Shown here: piece by piece, positions 11,444 to 19,970 of the stretch | How positions within the stretch are numbered: position 1 is the stretch's first letter | Layout of the letters: each line of letters opens with the position of its first letter | DNA from: Ginkgo biloba | Lineage: Eukaryota; Plantae; Ginkgophyta | NCBI GenBank assembly: GCA_024626585.2 | Contig: JANKJI020000004.1 | Location: 102,611,392 to 102,631,361 of the forward strand | Reading direction: 5' to 3' | DNA length: 19,970 nt | The notes under the pieces: generated by a model | Databases searched by the model: none | The model's input: only the letters and a program-made list of their open reading frames with translations | Told to the model about the DNA's origin: nothing | Translations under genes and position numbers: made by a program

Positions 11444-13099
11444 ATCTTTTATGTTGTATATAATGGTATAAGTAGATTGAGAAATTCACTTGTAGATCCC
11501 CTTAGACTAAGGAGACTCCACTTAAATTCTATTGTAATTAAAATTTTGTGCACATAAGATTATATAATAAAATGAACATAGAAAAATATACATAAAAAAT
11601 TCTTGTGTTTAGGATATTTATACATAAATATTACATGGATGATATTGAATCTTTATTGGTAGATTTAGGAGAAAGGAGATCTTCTTCTTCTAATGGTTTA
11701 GAATCCTACTACTCTATGAGAACCCACCATGCCTTTGAATGGAAGTTATATGTNNNNNNNNNNNNNNNNNNNNNNNNNNNNNNNNNNNNNNNNNNNNNNN
11801 NNNNNNNNNNNNNNNNNNNNNNNNNNNNNNNNNNNNNNNNNNNNNNNNNNNNNNNNNNNNNNNNNNNNNNNNNNNNNNNNNNNNNNNNNNNNNNNNNNNN
11901 NNNNNNNNNNNNNNNNNNNNNNNNNNNNNNNNNNNNNNNNNNNNNNNNNNNNNNNNNNNNNNNNNNNNNNNNNNNNNNNNNNNNNNNNNNNNNNNNNNNN
12001 NNNNNNNNNNNNNNNNNNNNNNNNNNNNNNNNNNNNNNNNNNNNNNNNNNNNNNNNNNNNNNNNNNNNNNNNNNNNNNNNNNNNNNNNNNNNNNNNNNNN
12101 NNNNNNNNNNNNNNNNNNNNNNNNNNNNNNNNNNNNNNNNNNNNNNNNNNNNNNNNNNNNNNNNNNNNNNNNNNNNNNNNNNNNNNNNNNNNNNNNNNNN
12201 NNNNNNNNNNNNNNNNNNNNNNNNNNNNNNNNNNNNNNNNNNNNNNNNNNNNNNNNNNNNNNNNNNNNNNNNNNNNNNNNNNNNNNNNNNNNNNNNNNNN
12301 NNNNNNNNNNNNNNNNNNNNNNNNNNNNNNNNNATCTAAAGATAGTAAATGTATTGGATTTTTTTAAGGGACATTGTTTAGATTTTTAGGGTTGAATATG
12401 ATATGGGATTCAAAGTGGGTCTTATTGACATCTTAGGGATTCTAATATTCCATGTCTTTGATTGTAGTAAGATATAGAGATTTGTAATTACTACATTATG
12501 CTCCATGAATGGTTGACACCAAAGATAATATCACAATCAATGGCTACTCTATGAGCTTACTTAATGATGATATCATAGGTAGGTTATTTCCCTTAAGGGG
12601 AAATCCTTAATGGTGCTTATAACTAAGGAACAAAAAGGACTTCCTCATTTTTGCTAACTTCATTAGCTTTCTATCTTTATTCCAATAGCCTAGTAATGAT
12701 CTTAATGTAATTGTATACCTTGGTCATTCATATATCTTTTAAATGTACCCCTGGTCAATTATCTCTATGAGTTCTATCCTTGTTGGGATTCAACCCAATG
12801 GTTTATGGTCGATTAAGGATAGGATAGTAATAAGGTGGATGCATAGGGAAACTAGGATAAAGAGGATATATTGGTCAAAACTATGGAGGATGTGGCCTTT
12901 TACCATTAGGGTTTGTTTAGTCCAAATCTTATCTCAGTTATAATGGCATGTAGAAGAAAAAATTAAAGTATTATTAGGTTAAGAGAGAAAAGGAATATGT
13001 TCACTAAAACCTTTAATGGGATATACTTTTCACACATTCTTATGTTAAAAAAAATGGATTAGAGTTTGGATTAGTTATGGGGCTATTTATATTCCTAAA

Positions 13100-13990
13100 T
13101 TTCCTAGCCTTGATTAGATTTTGGCATTCTTCCTTATTATGGAATCAACCATGCACTGACTACATCATATTCTAATTCATTAAACTCTTTCGTTAATGGA
13201 GGTTCCCTTACACCTAGTATCATTATTTTGAGTTACCTCTCTTCTCTTATCATTGCAAAAAGGATGAGGATCATTAGCACTTAGAAAATAGGTCTTATTA
13301 TATCCCCAAGAAAGAGATATTACTTAATTATATTACACTATATTAACCTAGATAAACCTAATATCAAGGGGTGGAACAAATGAGATATTTAAAGGATATA
13401 TTTTAACTCCATCACCTACAAAGTATTTATTCTTCAATAATTCTGGAAAGAATTAAAATAATGAATGTAAGGGGGATGATGAATGACAAGTTCATGCTCT
13501 ATTTGATAAAACCTATTTACTAGGTTCATTGCTTTGCCTTAGATTTTCAAGTTGAAGATAATAACACGCTTCACTATCTTGGTGTGAAGGATTAGACAAA
13601 ACTAGTCTAAGGATTCTTGTTTGCTAATAAAGGTTTCACACTTCATCCTAGATTCTTTTGATTTTCTATTATAGTTTAGAATGAATGTATTGGGTTGTTT
13701 CTCATGGTTTCTATAATTATCTATAGAGTTTCTTCAAATACAATAGGGAAAAACTTAGTAATAAATTTTTGAACTAGATCTAGGGGTGACGTGATACAGT
13801 TATCTAGAAGGTTATGGTACAATGTAATAGCTTCCCTCTGAAACGATAAGGAAAAAAAATAAAGGAAAATTAAATCTTCTATTAAGTCATGGGGTTGACA
13901 CCATATCTTAAGCTCATTAATGTGATATTCATTATTCTTTTCTTCCCTTTCCCTAAATTTGGGCATCTTAAAAAGCATTATTAGAAATGA
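13100..13990 (-). mobile_element. Degenerate Ty3/gypsy (Athila/Tat-like) gag with CCHC zinc knuckle
   Basis: ORF 13721-13978 (MPKF...YHINELKIWC...DLIFLYFFSLSFQREAITLYHNLLDNCITSPLDLVQKFITKF) fits Retrotrans_gag (LPKF..HL.EF...LFPFSL.G.A..WY..L..SI.TW..L...FL.KF). CSQCMVDS[H]NKEEC at 13124-13164 is 41 nt, i.e. CX2CX4HX4C with a 1-nt deletion. The element probably extends over ~12340-14800. Confidence 0.75.
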
Positions 13991-15800
13991 AGGCTAAGAA
14001 ATATATTTCGTAATAAGATCATTCTTAACATTGATGGAGCTAGCTCAATTAATGGATATATTCTAAAGGAATAAACAAACATCTAGTGGGTTGACTAGAT
14101 CCCATGATGCTTCTCCTACCAATGCTTAGGTGTATTAAGATTTTAGCGATTGGTTTTAGCTTGAGGAGTGCTAGGTTCTAAAGATAAGGAGGAGAGGACT
14201 TCTAGATAGATTTGTCATGTGTAGTGTCTTCAGATGACTCAGGGGATCTACCTTTCATGGAGGAATTCTACATAAGCATCACTATCTCCTTAAAGCCAAA
14301 GAGATTACAAGGTTATAAGCTTTCAATTAGAAAACTAAGCCTCTATGGCTTATAGGACGTGTCTTTTAAGATTAAAAATAGTAGGTTACTAAATGTCAAA
14401 AAACCATGGCAATTTAGAAAATTGACATAGTTTTATACTTAGAGATATATGACTTACTTGGAATTGATGATGGTTGAGCAATTTCCTCTTTTCCTTTCCT
14501 AAGATCCTTATTCGCTGCGACTCAATTTACTACCTACATAAATAATACAAGAGTGGACCTAATATCCTAACACAATGAGATAACAATAAAATAATCAATC
14601 AACACATAAAATATGAACGAATAAGAACCAAAAGCATTATAGATAAAAGATTTAATAATGAAACTCCTTATAAGAAAATGTTGTATACACTCTCATGCTA
14701 TTAATAATATACCACTTAAAGGTATGAAACACCAACTAATGCAATTAAATGAACTTGACTAGTAAAATTGTTTATTTAAGATTATTTTTTTAATACTTTA
14801 TCACAATTTACAACTTTGAAAAGACTAAAATAATACTNNNNNNNNNNNNNNNNNNNNNNNNNNNNNNNNNNNNNNNNNNNNNNNNNNNNNNNNNNNNNNN
14901 NNNNNNNNNNNNNNNNNNNNNNNNNNNNNNNNNNNNNNNNNNNNNNNNNNNNNNNNNNNNNNNNNNNNNNNNNNNNNNNNNNNNNNNNNNNNNNNNNNNN
15001 NNNNNNNNNNNNNNNNNNNNNNNNNNNNNNNNNNNNNNNNNNNNNNNNNNNNNNTCTCACTCAAAGGTGAAGAACTTCGAACATAAATGAGTATCGTTTG
15101 GATGCGTTAGAAAGATAAAGCAAATTGCGTATGAATTGACAGGAGGCATTATCATTCTCTTCTCTTCTCCTCGAGGGATTTCTTGCAGCTTGTTTGCGTC
15201 CTTAAAATGAATTCAGAAGAGATCTAGAAAATCTTGTAAATGCCACTCAGAGAGACCTAACTGATCAACAATACATCTAATGCCTAACCACTATACCGGG
15301 AACTATGAATTTTACAACACGACCGGATTATGTAATGTGAGGCGCTGTAGAGAATATATTTTCTTCAATGAATGAAAGGTGAAAATGCCTCCATTTGAGT
15401 TTATGCATGCCATTTTGTAGTATGGAAGCATGTTTTGTATTTCTATCTGATGACTGTCGCTGTCGTTTTTTAGATGTATGATTCGTTTAAGCCTTGAGAC
15501 AATATTTTATCTTCATGTACAAGATTAGTTTTTAGATGTAGTTTATGTCATGCATTATATACAGCGCTCCATTAACCTTATGATTTTGCTATATATATGA
15601 TTTTATTCATGTTCATGTTTGTTTGTAGTAGAAAACAATAATTAATTAGGTTCGCCACGTTTGGCCGCAGAAATCAAGGTTGCGACGCTTGGCCAGAAAA
15701 ACATAGAAAGACCATGGTTTACGCTTCAGAGTTGAAGGTCACGATTAGCTCTGAGAGATAATATTCATGAAAGGCTCAGCCATTTAAAGATGGAAAATAA

Positions 15801-15950
15801 CTGAAAAAAAAGGGAAGATACAGCAGTGGGTGGTACACTCCTAATGACGTCAAGGAACATGGCTGCATTTCCGATTGTTGGGTCACTGCCTTGGGCTTAG
15901 TCTACGATCTTTCCGATTTATTACCCTTGCAACCTCCTTTCCTCTGCAAG
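15801..15950 (+). pseudogene. CYB5D1: CYB5D1 exon 1 (b5-like domain N-half); 5' end disrupted
   Basis: Open frame LKKKGRYSSGWYTPNDVKEHGCISDCWVTALGLVYDLSDLLPLQPPFLCK ends at donor AAG|GTAATG (15951). ATGs at 15714, 15767 and 15790 all meet stops before the conserved part. Confidence 0.85.
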
Positions 15951-16054
15951 GTAATGTACGAAATATAGGATTTTAGTATTGAAGTTGTGTTTTCGAATAA
16001 TTGATAAACCAGTAAGTAAATATTTTGTTCGATTTATTCTCATGCATATTGCAG

Positions 16055-16168
16055 CCTTTACTATTGGAGGCAGGTGGCGACATTAGTCATTGGTTCAATT
16101 TCGAAATCAGTGATATTAAAACTTCCATTGACACTGTAATTAAGAATCAGATTTATTATACTCCCCAG
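16055..16168 (+). pseudogene. CYB5D1: CYB5D1 exon 2 (114 nt, 38 codons, no lesions)
   Basis: Acceptor TTGCAG| (16054), donor CAG|GTATGA (16169); encodes the AGGDISHWF and YYTPQ motifs. Intron 1 is 104 nt. Confidence 0.9.
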
Positions 16169-16281
16169 GTATGAAAGCTAAAATCATGTACTCTGTATTT
16201 GAATCAACGGGAGAAAGTTTAAGGGCAGTAATTATGTTTTTATTTGTCTTTCACTAACTCTCTAAATTTCCTCAAGCTTAG

Positions 16282-16446
16282 GGGAGGTTTGTACACATTC
16301 CGCCCAGAGACCCTCGTACAGATTGGGATGTAAGTTGCTAGCTTCCTTGGTAGAAGGATCCACATTATACCATTGGTAGACTTAGCAAGAAAACTCGCCT
16401 TATTCGTATCAAGAATGTACTTATTGGGCACGAGGTTCTGTTAAAG
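16282..16446 (+). pseudogene. CYB5D1: CYB5D1 exon 3 (165 nt, 55 codons, two nonsense codons)
   Basis: Branch-point-like CACTAAC at 16252-58, acceptor TTAG| (16281), donor AAG|GTAACA (16447); encodes GRFVHIPP and GRLSKKTRLIRIKNVL. Intron 2 is 113 nt. Confidence 0.9.
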
Positions 16447-16739
16447 GTAACATTTTCCCCAAATCTCATTTAACACTGCACATAGGTTCGACTGTAATTC
16501 AATTTTTTACTCTGTCGGAAGGAACATAATTTTGTGTGTGATTTAGATAGGTCAAGATTTTTGGCTTTCATGTTTTCCCAAAGAATAAAATTTNNNNNNN
16601 NNNNNNNNNNNNNNNNNNNNNNNNNNNNNNNNNNNNNNNNNNNNNNNNNNNNNNNNNNNNNNNNNNNNNNNNNNNNNNNNNNNNNNNNNNNNNCTTGGAA
16701 TGCGGGACGAGTGATTGGTGAAGTGTCCGAACGGCATTA

Positions 16740-16778
16740 ACACGTGCCCAGACTGTAGACGCTATGTATGCCACGTGT
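16740..16778. promoter_or_regulatory. Pair of G-box/ABRE motifs
   Basis: CACGTG at 16741-46 and 16772-77; the second is in GCCACGTGT (reverse complement ACACGTGGC, the canonical ABRE). Reverse CCAAT (ATTGG) about 25 nt upstream; locally CpG-rich. Confidence 0.45.
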
Positions 16779-16889
16779 AATTGCTTTTAATATCTTACTC
16801 ATGCGGTCAGACAGGGATGGAACAAGTTTGCAACCATTGATGCTACAAAGGTTGCTTTGCCCATAAATGCTTTTCCCAAATAAAAGTTA

Positions 16890-16950
16890 AAGATGGTATT
16901 AAATAAAATGCCCACTGATGTTTGCACAATAAGATGGTATTAAATAAAAT
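16890..16950 (+). repeat. 20-bp exact direct repeat with 21-bp spacer
   Basis: AAGATGGTATTAAATAAAAT at 16890-16909 and 16931-16950. Confidence 0.95.
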
Positions 16951-16992
16951 ATTATTTATGTTTCTCCATTTAGAAGAGATTAGTCTTTTTCC

Positions 16993-17080
16993 ATGTTGAG
17001 TAATTGCCACGACAAAGATTCAAGAGCTACTATGTTGAATAATTGTCACGACAAAGATCCAAGAGCTACTATTGTTGAAT
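16993..17080 (+). repeat. 39-bp tandem duplication (2 copies plus a partial)
   Basis: ATGTTGAGTAATTGCCACGACAAAGATTCAAGAGCTACT (16993-17031) and ATGTTGAATAATTGTCACGACAAAGATCCAAGAGCTACT (17032-17070) differ by 3 transitions; partial third copy ATTGTTGAAT. Confidence 0.95.
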
Positions 17081-18039
17081 CTATGTTAAGCAATTGAACA
17101 ATACTAGTCTTCCCTTTTCGCAGGCACTTCTAATTGAGATGGACTGAACATGAAATCATATTGGTTGATAACCTTGGATACGAAAGGATTCAATTGCTAA
17201 TTGAAGGCATTTACAGACTGAAGTAAGAAATGGCATTGGGTGGTCATTGATGACTAGATGAATGGTGAACAATTGATAATTTCATAATACAACATTAAAA
17301 ATTCTAGATATAAAAGACAAAGTTCTGTCCAATTACAAATACATGATCCTACTTATGATAGAATAATTATGTTTAATTATGCTTTACAATTTTGTACAAC
17401 ATTCTAGTAGAGAGTTCTATTAAGAATAAATAAAAAATATGGTCTAAATTTAATTCTATTTTACCGTCTTTAAAACACCTATCAATCTACTTTAAAAAAC
17501 AAAAAATTAAAAAGCCCTGTCTTAATTTAACCTGCAACAATTACTTTAATTCTGTTTAACAGCAGTGCAAATTGGCCCTTTAAAGAATTCCTTACTACAA
17601 TGCAGTGAGAAGTGGCAAATATGCCTCACAAATGTTAATCCAACTTGCATTAATTTAGCTAGTAATGGGAATTCACCCTTATGTAAGGACACATGCCAGC
17701 TGATCTCACTTAATGAATGGTATATACCATCCTCTGATTCAATCAAACAAATCAACCAATTGTGATATTGCTACACATTGGTTTAGAGTATCATCCCACA
17801 GTCTAGTCATAAATTTATGTTAAATCACAGTTACAAGTTGGAAAGAATGTAAACCTTTTTAATGATTGATGAATTAGTTGGACATGTTTTTAAAGCTTTC
17901 AGAATCATTCTGTATGACCTAGTTAACTTGAAACACTCAATTAAAGGAAGACAGTAAGCTGAACCTCAGGAAACCAGACATATGCAAGCTCCAAAAACGC
18001 ACTTTCAGCACATATTATTCCAACATACACAGCTGCCAC

Positions 18040-18120
18040 ATAGAAATGATACTAGGACAATTGACAATAGAAGGGACCCTTAGAGAAGGCCCAGTCCCAA
18101 AAGCAATTCAAAAATGGTAA
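18040..18120 (+). mobile_element. Probable 3' tail of LINE ORF1, overlapping the ORF2 start (5'-truncated LINE)
   Basis: The open frame ...GQLTIEGTLREGPVPKAIQKW* ends at TAA 18118-20 and overlaps the ORF2 ATG (aaATGgTAA). Support is positional only. Confidence 0.4.
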
Positions 18121-19970
18121 TTCTCTTAATCAATATTAGAGGGATGGGCATATCATCCAAAAAAGATAGCTTAAGTAGATTGGTAGAAACTCTTTCACAA
18201 GATGTTCTCCTAGTTTAGGAGACTAAGGCCCTAGCCAAGAAGGCTGAAGAAGATATGAAGAAATTACTTAAATCTTTTGATTTGTGGCATCTGATTCTAT
18301 AGGGGCTTCACAGGGTTTAATTTAAGGTGGAGGCCTAATAAACTCAAATTAACTATTTCCTTCCTTCTTCACTCAGGTATTAGCACAATCCTTTTTTCCT
18401 TGGAATTAGGTGAGTCTTTTTTAGTTTTAAATATCTACATTCCTTTTGAAGACAGAGTTCCCTTGTTGAACAACCTCCTTTACTAAAACTAATTTTATTC
18501 ATATAAGATCATTATAGGAGGTGATATAAACTTAACCCTTTCTAGGTCAAAAATTTGGGGGGATGCTGCAAGACTAGATCCCCTATATTACTTTTTCGTC
18601 AAAAATTTTGAGGAGAAAGGCCTGGTGGACTTGGAACTGGTCAAACTATCCCCAACATGGAGGAATATGAGGATTGGGAGTACTATCATAACAAAAAGAT
18701 TAGACTAGTTCTTGGCGTGTAAAGGTTTGATAGATGAGAATCTCCTTTTCAAATCTTGGGTTAAGATAGGAGGGGACTCATATCATTCCCCTATATTGAT
18801 CTTGGTGGAAAAAGATGCTCACAAACCTCCCTGTCCTTTCAAAATTAACCTGGAGTGGTTAAAGGAATATGGATTTGTGAACTTAGTCAAGGCTAAATTG
18901 ATGAGGTATGACCCTAATAATAAAAAATCAACCATCATCCAATTTACTACAAACTTGAACAAATTCAAGGCAATTATCATTAGATGGGTTGTTAACAAAA
19001 GAAGATAAGATGAGAAAAAGCTGAAGGAGGTTGAGGAAGAATTAGCAAGATGGTTTAGAATAAATTCTATAGGTCCCTTAGATGAGGAAGATAGGGATAA
19101 TTTAAAATTCGTAGAACAAACCAAAAGGAACCTTTTAGCTAAGAGGGAAGCTCAATGGAGACTCAAGAGAAGAGCACTTTGGGTTTCAATTAGAGATGAT
19201 AACACTAAAATTTTCCACAGTTATGCAAATCATAGGAAGTAGTAGAATACCATCTAGGAACTACAAAATAGGATGGAAGTAGGGCCTCCTCCTTTCAAGG
19301 TCTAGAATATTTAGGGGTTAATTACTTTGGGGATATCTATAAATACCAAGGGAGAGTGAATATTATAGAGATAATCAAAATGAATTCTTACTTCCCCAAC
19401 TTTATTAATGAGAACACTAATGAGGAATTGGTGTGGGAAGTAACGAAGGATGATTTAAAAGTTGTCCTTGCCTCTTCCTAAAGGGATAAAATCCTGGGCC
19501 CTAATGGGTGGGAAAAAGAATTCTTTGTAGGCCTTTATGATTTCCTTGAATCTGAGCTCTTAAGAGTGGTTGAAGAGTTAAGACTTTCAAGGAGGATCAA
19601 TGCTACATTTAATTCAACTTTAATTGCTCTAATTCCAAAGAAGGATAACCCTTCCTCTTTTATTGAGTTTAGGCCAATATCCCTATGCAACTACATTTAT
19701 AAAATTATAACTAAAGTGATTTACCTAAGAATAAATAAGATCTTCTCTGACTCTATTTCTAAAGAAAAATTAGGGTTTTTAAATGAGAGGCAAATTCATG
19801 AGGCAATCGAGGTAGCTCAAGAAAGCCTCCACTCTATTAAGATGAAAAGAATGCTTACAATGGTTCTAAAATTAGACTTTCAAAGGCTTACGATAGATTC
19901 CATTGGCTCTATCGAAGGATGATTCTCCTCCATATTATCTTTAGTGTCTTATATATTAAGTAGATCATGA
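18114..19970 (+). mobile_element. L1-type LINE ORF2 (APE endonuclease + reverse transcriptase N-half), degenerate, runs off the window end
   Basis: ATG at 18114: MVILLINIRGMG...DVLLV*ETK. Then LNIYIP, IIGGDIN, PTWRN, KRLD*F, DSYHSPIL, PFKINLEWL, WRLKRRALW..RDDNTKIFH, KILGPNG, FNSTLIALIPKKDNPSSFIEFRPISLCNYIYKII, GFLNERQIHEAI, LKLDF/KAYDR. Multiple stops and frameshifts. Confidence 0.95.

Larger units (their letters stand above)
15801..16446 (+). pseudogene. CYB5D1: Spliced CYB5D1 (cytochrome b5 domain-containing protein 1 / FAP198, ciliary radial spoke) pseudogene; N-terminal three exons only
   Basis: Joining 15831-15950, 16055-16168 and 16282-16446 gives WYTPNDVKEHGCISDCWVTALGLVYDLSDLLPLQPPFLCK|PLLLEAGGDISHWFNFEISDIKTSIDTVIKNQIYYTPQ|GRFVHIPPRDPRTDWDVSC*LPW*KDPHYTIGRLSKKTRLIRIKNVLIGHEVLLK. 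This is colinear with CYB5D1 motifs recalled from memory (YFTPxEV..HN..DLWVS.LG.VYDLT; AGQDISHWF; YxTPxGRFVHVPP; DW......PWW; GRLSxKTRxIRIxNTL). It lacks the canonical b5 HPGG motif, as CYB5D1 does. Both introns are GT-AG and phase 0. In-frame TAG at 16339-41 and 16351-53; in-frame TAA at 15798-800 upstream with no ATG after it. Confidence 0.9.

Noticed and set aside
3792-15064. Long ORF-track entries (e.g. 3856-4407, 11605-12339, 11729-12367, 14782-15060)
   Set aside because: Their length comes from N runs translated as X; they are not genes.
15831-16168. Canonical cytochrome b5 or a b5-fusion enzyme
   Set aside because: No HPGG motif; DISHWF and the downstream TPQGRFVHIPP and GRLSKKTR motifs are characteristic of CYB5D1.
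16330-16353. A 24-nt GTAAGT...TAG 'micro-intron' whose removal would delete both stop codons in frame and rescue CYB5D1
   Set aside because: Far below normal plant intron size, and the segment aligns without gaps to the conserved DW......PWW region, so it is coding sequence with real nonsense changes. RNA-seq could still test it.
16240-16431. 63-aa minus-strand ORF
   Set aside because: Antisense shadow of CYB5D1 exon 3.
6592-16693. Treating sequence across the ~100-N runs (6592-6691, 7890-7989, 9429-9529, 16594-16693) as contiguous nested insertions
   Set aside because: Runs of 100-101 N are likely unsized scaffold gaps, so nesting order and TSDs across them cannot be inferred.
16890-17080. 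CRISPR-like repeat-spacer array
   Set aside because: Only two copies of each unrelated repeat, no series of unique spacers, eukaryotic context and no cas genes.
17546-17765. Overlapping 66-69 aa ORFs on both strands
   Set aside because: No recognisable domain or CYB5D1 C-terminal motif; the length is compatible with chance.
18819-19124. 101-aa minus-strand ORF
   Set aside because: Antisense shadow of LINE ORF2.

Overview
AT-rich, gap-ridden eukaryotic DNA with the look of a large land-plant genome (gymnosperm-like, by inference from the retroelement types). It is not prokaryotic, and most ORF-track entries are spurious or run through N gaps. Positions ~0.4-14.5 kb are a pile of decayed, CpG-depleted retroelements: a shortened Ty1/copia remnant (+), two Ty3/gypsy gag-pol remnants (-), an L1-type LINE RT fragment (-), an Athila/Tat-like gag (-), and two primer-binding sites (tRNA-Arg, tRNA-iMet). 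Positions ~18.05 kb to the end hold a degenerate L1 LINE ORF2 (endonuclease plus RT, +). Between them lies a CpG-retaining, apparently low-copy island (~15.05-16.8 kb) with the main discovery, which the ORF track misses: three phase-0 GT-AG spliced exons (15801/15831-15950, 16055-16168, 16282-16446) encoding a clear homolog of CYB5D1/FAP198, the heme-binding radial-spoke protein of motile cilia. Splice sites are intact, but there are two in-frame TAG stops and no usable ATG, so it looks like a recently dead flagellar gene in a plant genome. All family assignments come from manual translation and recalled motifs; no searches were run.
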